From the human T2T-CHM13v2.0 reference genome, Homo sapiens: DNA of 64,000 bases. This document shows positions 59,572 through 64,000 of the stretch, piece after piece. Under the pieces are notes generated by a model. The model saw nothing but the letters and a program-made list of their open reading frames with translations. It was not told the origin of the DNA and did not search any database. Numbering within the stretch: position 1 is the first letter of the stretch; each line of letters begins with the position of its first letter. A program made the translations under genes and the position numbers. The stretch is from NCBI RefSeq assembly GCF_009914755.1, contig NC_060935.1; one strand, 5' to 3'.

Positions 59572-60535
59572 TGTGGGGAAAGACAGATCAGACTATTACT
59601 GTGTCTATGTAGAAAGAAGTAGACATAAGAGACTCCATTTTGTTCTGTACTAAGAAAAATTCTTCTGCCTTGAGATGCTGTTAATCTGTAACCCTACCCC
59701 CAACCCTGTGCTCGCAGAAACATGTGCTGTGTCCACTAAAGGTTTAATGGATTTAGGGCTATGCAGGATGTGCTTTGTTAAACAAATGCTTGAAGGCAGC
59801 ATGCTTGTTTAAAGTCATCACCACTCCCTAATCTCAAGTACCCAGGGACACAAAACACTGAGGAAGGCCGCAGGGACCTCTGCCTAGGAAAGACAGGTAT
59901 TGTCCAAGGTTTCTCCCCAGGTGATAGTCTGACATATGGCCTCATGGGAAGGGAAAGACCTGACCATCCCCCAACCTGACACCCGTAAAGGGTCTGTGCT
60001 GAGGAGGATTAGTAAAAGAGGAAGGCCTCTTTGCAGTTGAGATAAGAGGAAGGCATCTGTCTCCTGCTTGTCCCTGGGCAATGGAATGTCTTGGTGTAAA
60101 ACCCGATTGTATATTCCATCTACTGAGACAGGAGAAAACCGCCTTAGGGCTGGAGGCAGGACACACTGGCGGCAATACTGCTCTTTAATGCATTGAGATG
60201 TTTATGTATGTGCACATCCAAGCACAGTACCTTTTTCTTAACCTTGTTTATGACACAGAGACATTTGTTCACATGTTTTCCTGCTGACCCTCTCCCCACT
60301 ATTACCCTATTGTCCTGCCACATCCCCCTCTCCAAGATAGTAGAGAAAATGATCAATAAATACTGAAGAAACTCAGAGACCGGTGCCGGCGCGGGTCCTC
60401 CATATTCTGAGCATGGGTCCCCTGGGCCCACTTTTCTTTCTCTATACTTTGTCTTTGTGTCTCTTTCTTTTCTCAGTCTCTCATCCCACCCGACGAGAAA
60501 CACCCACAGGTGTGGAGGGGCAGGCCACCCCTTCA
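59572..60535 (+). mobile_element. HERV-K(HML-2) solo LTR, LTR5B-like (older than LTR5_Hs)
   Basis: tgtggggaaagacagatcagact...gtagaaagaagtagacataagagactccattttgttctgtactaagaaaaattcttctgcc...aataaa (60355-60360)...cccacaggtgtggaggggcaggccaccccttca; 964 bp; TSD ttcctt/ttccct. Confidence 0.95.
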
Positions 60536-61442
60536 TTCCCTCCATTTAATTAAGTTAAAGAATGAACAGTTTATTAGGGAAACACAGATATTGAGGCAGT
60601 TCTATTTTCTCTGAGACATTGGCAATAGAAATATGGAACAGCCTTTTCCCCCATTTTTCTATCCACTCCTCTGAATAAACTGTTACTAAACATTAGATAA
60701 CTTTTCAAAGGAAGATGCCTGCTGTGTCTTTTTTTTTTTTTGATAAAAAAAAAGAGAGCCTTCCTAAGATTCCTCAGAATGTAGCAACTGAAAAAACTAT
60801 ATATAGGAGTAAATAGATTTCAAATCATTAACGAAACACCTAGGCTCAAACATAAAGAACATTGTGTTCTGAAAGAATCCAGAAAAGGAAAACTTTTTAT
60901 ATACCAGTAATTTTCTCTTATTTCATTTTTAAAAAGATTTCTATATACTTGTAAAACAGCTTAAATTACAACCTCATATGTGAAATATGATGAGGATAGG
61001 TGTGAGATATAAAATATATTCTGAATTATTTTTTGAAATCCTCATAGGGTATTTAAAGATGATAACTAGTATATATTAAATATTAGAAACAAAATAGAAA
61101 TCAGAAGATCTAATTGGACTCAAGCAGCTCTTTTAATTTTTCATGCTCCATTTAATAAAAATAACCTGCCTCTAGTGAAGAAAAACTCTACTAAAAAATT
61201 AATTGTTCACTGGAAATGAATGGTAATAATGTCTATCACTGAACATGCACACACACATACATAAACACACTGGATGATAAGATAAGTATTAGTGAGTTGT
61301 ATATAACAACTCTCAAAGAAGGATATTTTCTATCATCTTATTTTTTTCTGTTTTCTCTTTGATTTACATCTCCAGTATATGTCATAAAGAATTCTTTACA
61401 TTATAAATTACTTGTTATGTCTTTTCTTAGAAACAAAATGCT

Positions 61443-61728
61443 GGCTGGGTGCAGTTGCTCACTCCTGTAAAGTCAGCATTTTGGGAGGCTGAGGTAGATG
61501 GATCACTTGAATTCACGAGTTCGAGACCAGCCTAGCCAACATGGTGAAACACCATCTCTACTAAAAAATACAAAAAGTAGAGGCGTGGTGGCGCATCTGT
61601 AATCCTAGCTACTTAGGAGGCTGAGGCAGGAGAATCACTTGAACCTGGGTGGCAGAGGTTGCAGTGAGTCAAGATCATGCCACTGCACTCCAGCTGGGAG
61701 AGAGAGACTCCATCTCAAAAAAAAAAAA
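61443..61728 (+). mobile_element. AluS (Sz/Sx-like)
   Basis: ggctgggtgcagttgctcac...gatcacttga...gagttcgagaccagcctagccaacatggtgaaac...gagactccatctc followed by poly(A). Confidence 0.95.
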
Positions 61729-62094
61729 GTTAATTAAAAATATAATCCATTTTAAGTTTCTCAAAATAGGTAAGGTTTTGTTGCGAGCAGTGAAAATGGA
61801 TTTTATTAATTCCATTCTTTAGTATATGTAACAAGTTATACTTCAACAGCCTTGAATTCTCACATGAGAAAAAGGAAAAATGTATTTGCCATTTTGGTAA
61901 GTTTCACTTAGAATCAAATTTTTAATGAAAATTTCCCACCCAAATAATGATTTCTTGATTTCAGGTAGCTTTTAACTAATTTTGCTTAATGTATTTCAGA
62001 GGTGCACAATATAAATACATTATTGGCCATTTATAGTTATTAGTAACCCATCAAGATGTATTCTCTTATAATTTAAATCAACTTTAATATAACA

Positions 62095-62320
62095 ACTAAC
62101 ATTTGCACAGCATTTCAACAGTTACCAAGTCGTATTTTGACTTCTCATATATTTTATTTCACTTCTCATATCTCCTTGAAGTAAGAGTTCTTCATTTTAT
62201 TTATTTGTAGTTGAGGAAACAAACAATCCAAAAAAACTCATAATAACTTGCACAAGATCATGTGACCAGGATGTCAAAATCAGACCTTTGACTGTTTCTT
62301 CCATTATAACATGCTGTTAC
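62095..62320 (-). mobile_element. MIR relic
   Basis: aacatttgcacagcattt...gtagttgaggaaac...aataacttgcacaagatca. Confidence 0.55.
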
Positions 62321-62394
62321 ATATTTGGTATAAGAAATTAAGCTCACATTATAATTTGAGATGATTAATTTGTTGACTGGGTTTACTGATGCCT

Positions 62395-62480
62395 TCATTC
62401 ACTCCTTCAACAAATATTTGGTAAGCACTTACCACAAATGTGCTTAGCATTATGCTAGGAGCAATGATACAATGATAAAG
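62395..62480 (-). mobile_element. LINE-2 3' terminus
   Basis: cattcactccttcaacaaatatttggtaagcacttacc...agcattatgctagg. Confidence 0.65.
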
Positions 62481-62488
62481 ATTATATC

Positions 62489-62537
62489 AGCCAGGTGCGG
62501 TGGCTCAAGCCTGTAATCCCAGCACTTTGGGAGGCTT
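62489..62537 (+). mobile_element. Alu 5' head fragment (~50 bp, no body or tail)
   Basis: gccaggtgcggtggctcaagcctgtaatcccagcactttgggaggct. Confidence 0.9.
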
Positions 62538-62699
62538 AAGACAATTTGTTCCAGCTCAAATCCCACCTCATTTCTGCTGCATTTGGCACCCTACCCATAA
62601 CAGCATTTACTTAAAACTCACTACACATCCAGAACTACTATAAATGATTTCACAAAAGCTTTTTTAAATTTTAAAATTAAAATGTATTTTATTTGTATA

Positions 62700-62870
62700 C
62701 TATTTGTTTCACATTTTACAGATGAGGAAACTAAAGAACAAAATGCTTAAGTAATTTGTAAAAGTTATTGTATCAAATAAAAGCAAAATACCACAAAAAT
62801 TTGAAATAACAAAAAGCAAAAGAAGACCACAATCCAGGCAATTTGATTCTTAAATCTCTGCTCTTAATCT
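62700..62870 (-). mobile_element. MIR relic
   Basis: cattttacagatgaggaaactaaag...ttaagtaatttg...atccaggcaatttgattct...tgctcttaa. Confidence 0.65.
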
Positions 62871-64000
62871 TTACATCAGTTTATGTTCTTTTTCTACCTG
62901 ATATTGAGTGTTATCTGTCCATTTGTTTGGATTTTGAAAATACTAATCAATTCCTTAATGCAGAAAAATATTTTATTTAAAGTTAAATGAATACCAAATT
63001 GACTTTAGTGTTTCATCAATTTATTTTTATTGGGATTCTTAAATGGGCAGTGACATGATAAGTTAAAAATGTTAGCCAAACACAGTGATTATTTCACCAA
63101 AAAGTTAGGAGCAATTAGGATTTGATCAAATTACATAACCTGTGAATCTGTTTTCTTAAATGAGGAATGAAAGTTCAATACCTGCTCCAGTGGGGACTTA
63201 TGATTCTTGGCTAATCAAAATCCTTTTACTACAATCATATGATTTCAATGTGTCTTGATTTTATGAATCTTAGAATCCTAAGGTAAAATATAAAATAATG
63301 ATGTAACATTAAAGAAATAGAAATAGCATTCAGCTTTCCTTGCAACTAATCTAAGTTCTATTAAACACATGCATTCATACAAGACATTGATTTGAAAATG
63401 AGCTATTGATGGAATATGCATCCATTGTGCTAGCAGAGACAGTGGTGGAGGCAACCTGGTCCTGAGGTCCTCAGCAGAATTTAACTTATTAGTTAGGTCC
63501 CACCAAGCTTGAGTGTTTTCCTGCAGGCTTACCCTTGCCTAAAATTCTGGGAGCCTTCTAAAACTCTTTCATGAATCTGTTCCTGGTACTGCAGATAGAG
63601 TGGATTCTGTAATTTTCAACTCAGATGATCAACACACCTAGTTTTCAAAACAAGCAAGGTATAATATAAAGCACTTACTACAATTGCAGCAAATGAGGGT
63701 TGTTCAGCAAATGGTGGCTCTTGATATCCAAATGTAAATCTCTGCTTCTGTGTTATAACAAATATCTAGCAATCCTGTGTTAGGTAATAACACTGTTTAT
63801 GAATGATTTTAGCCATACTTGAAGTATCCTCTTGATTTTTGTTTTCCCCAGATAATATATAGAGTCCATTTTAGATAGACCTAGAGTTCAATATCTATTT
63901 TTTAAAAATAGCAAATTTTGGAATACTTAATAAATAGGTTTTCAAACTCATTAATGGCTTTAGCCTAGATTGTATTAAATTTTGCACAATTTTTAATGTT

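Noticed and set aside
59884-60545. Antisense ORFs in LTR5
   Set aside because: Chance frames in a solo LTR; no gag, pol or env sequence adjacent.

Overview
AT-rich, CpG-depleted primate genomic DNA. Alu, an L1PA3-like LINE-1 and an HERV-K(HML-2) LTR5 point to human or another ape. It looks like a gene desert or a very large intron. I cannot support any host protein-coding gene, RNA gene or CRISPR array. The only real coding relics are LINE-1 ORF2 fragments; the other ORFs are chance frames in Alu, LTR, microsatellite or AT-rich sequence. A large share of the window is interspersed repeats: about 7 L1 pieces, 9 Alu copies or fragments, about 15 ERV/MaLR LTR elements, 4 DNA transposons (MER5, MER82, Tigger2a, MER63), and MIR/L2 relics, many with readable target-site duplications (TSDs). 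Family names come from remembered consensus sequences and need RepeatMasker/Dfam confirmation. I found no previously undescribed biological system. The best leads are modest: 7 solo LTRs in about 9.3 kb (51.2-60.5 kb), two of them followed by sense-strand splice donors; a well-formed 60-nt non-coding exon candidate at 17223-17282; an L1PA3 without a TSD and with an unusual 5' junction; and several local inverted-repeat structures.
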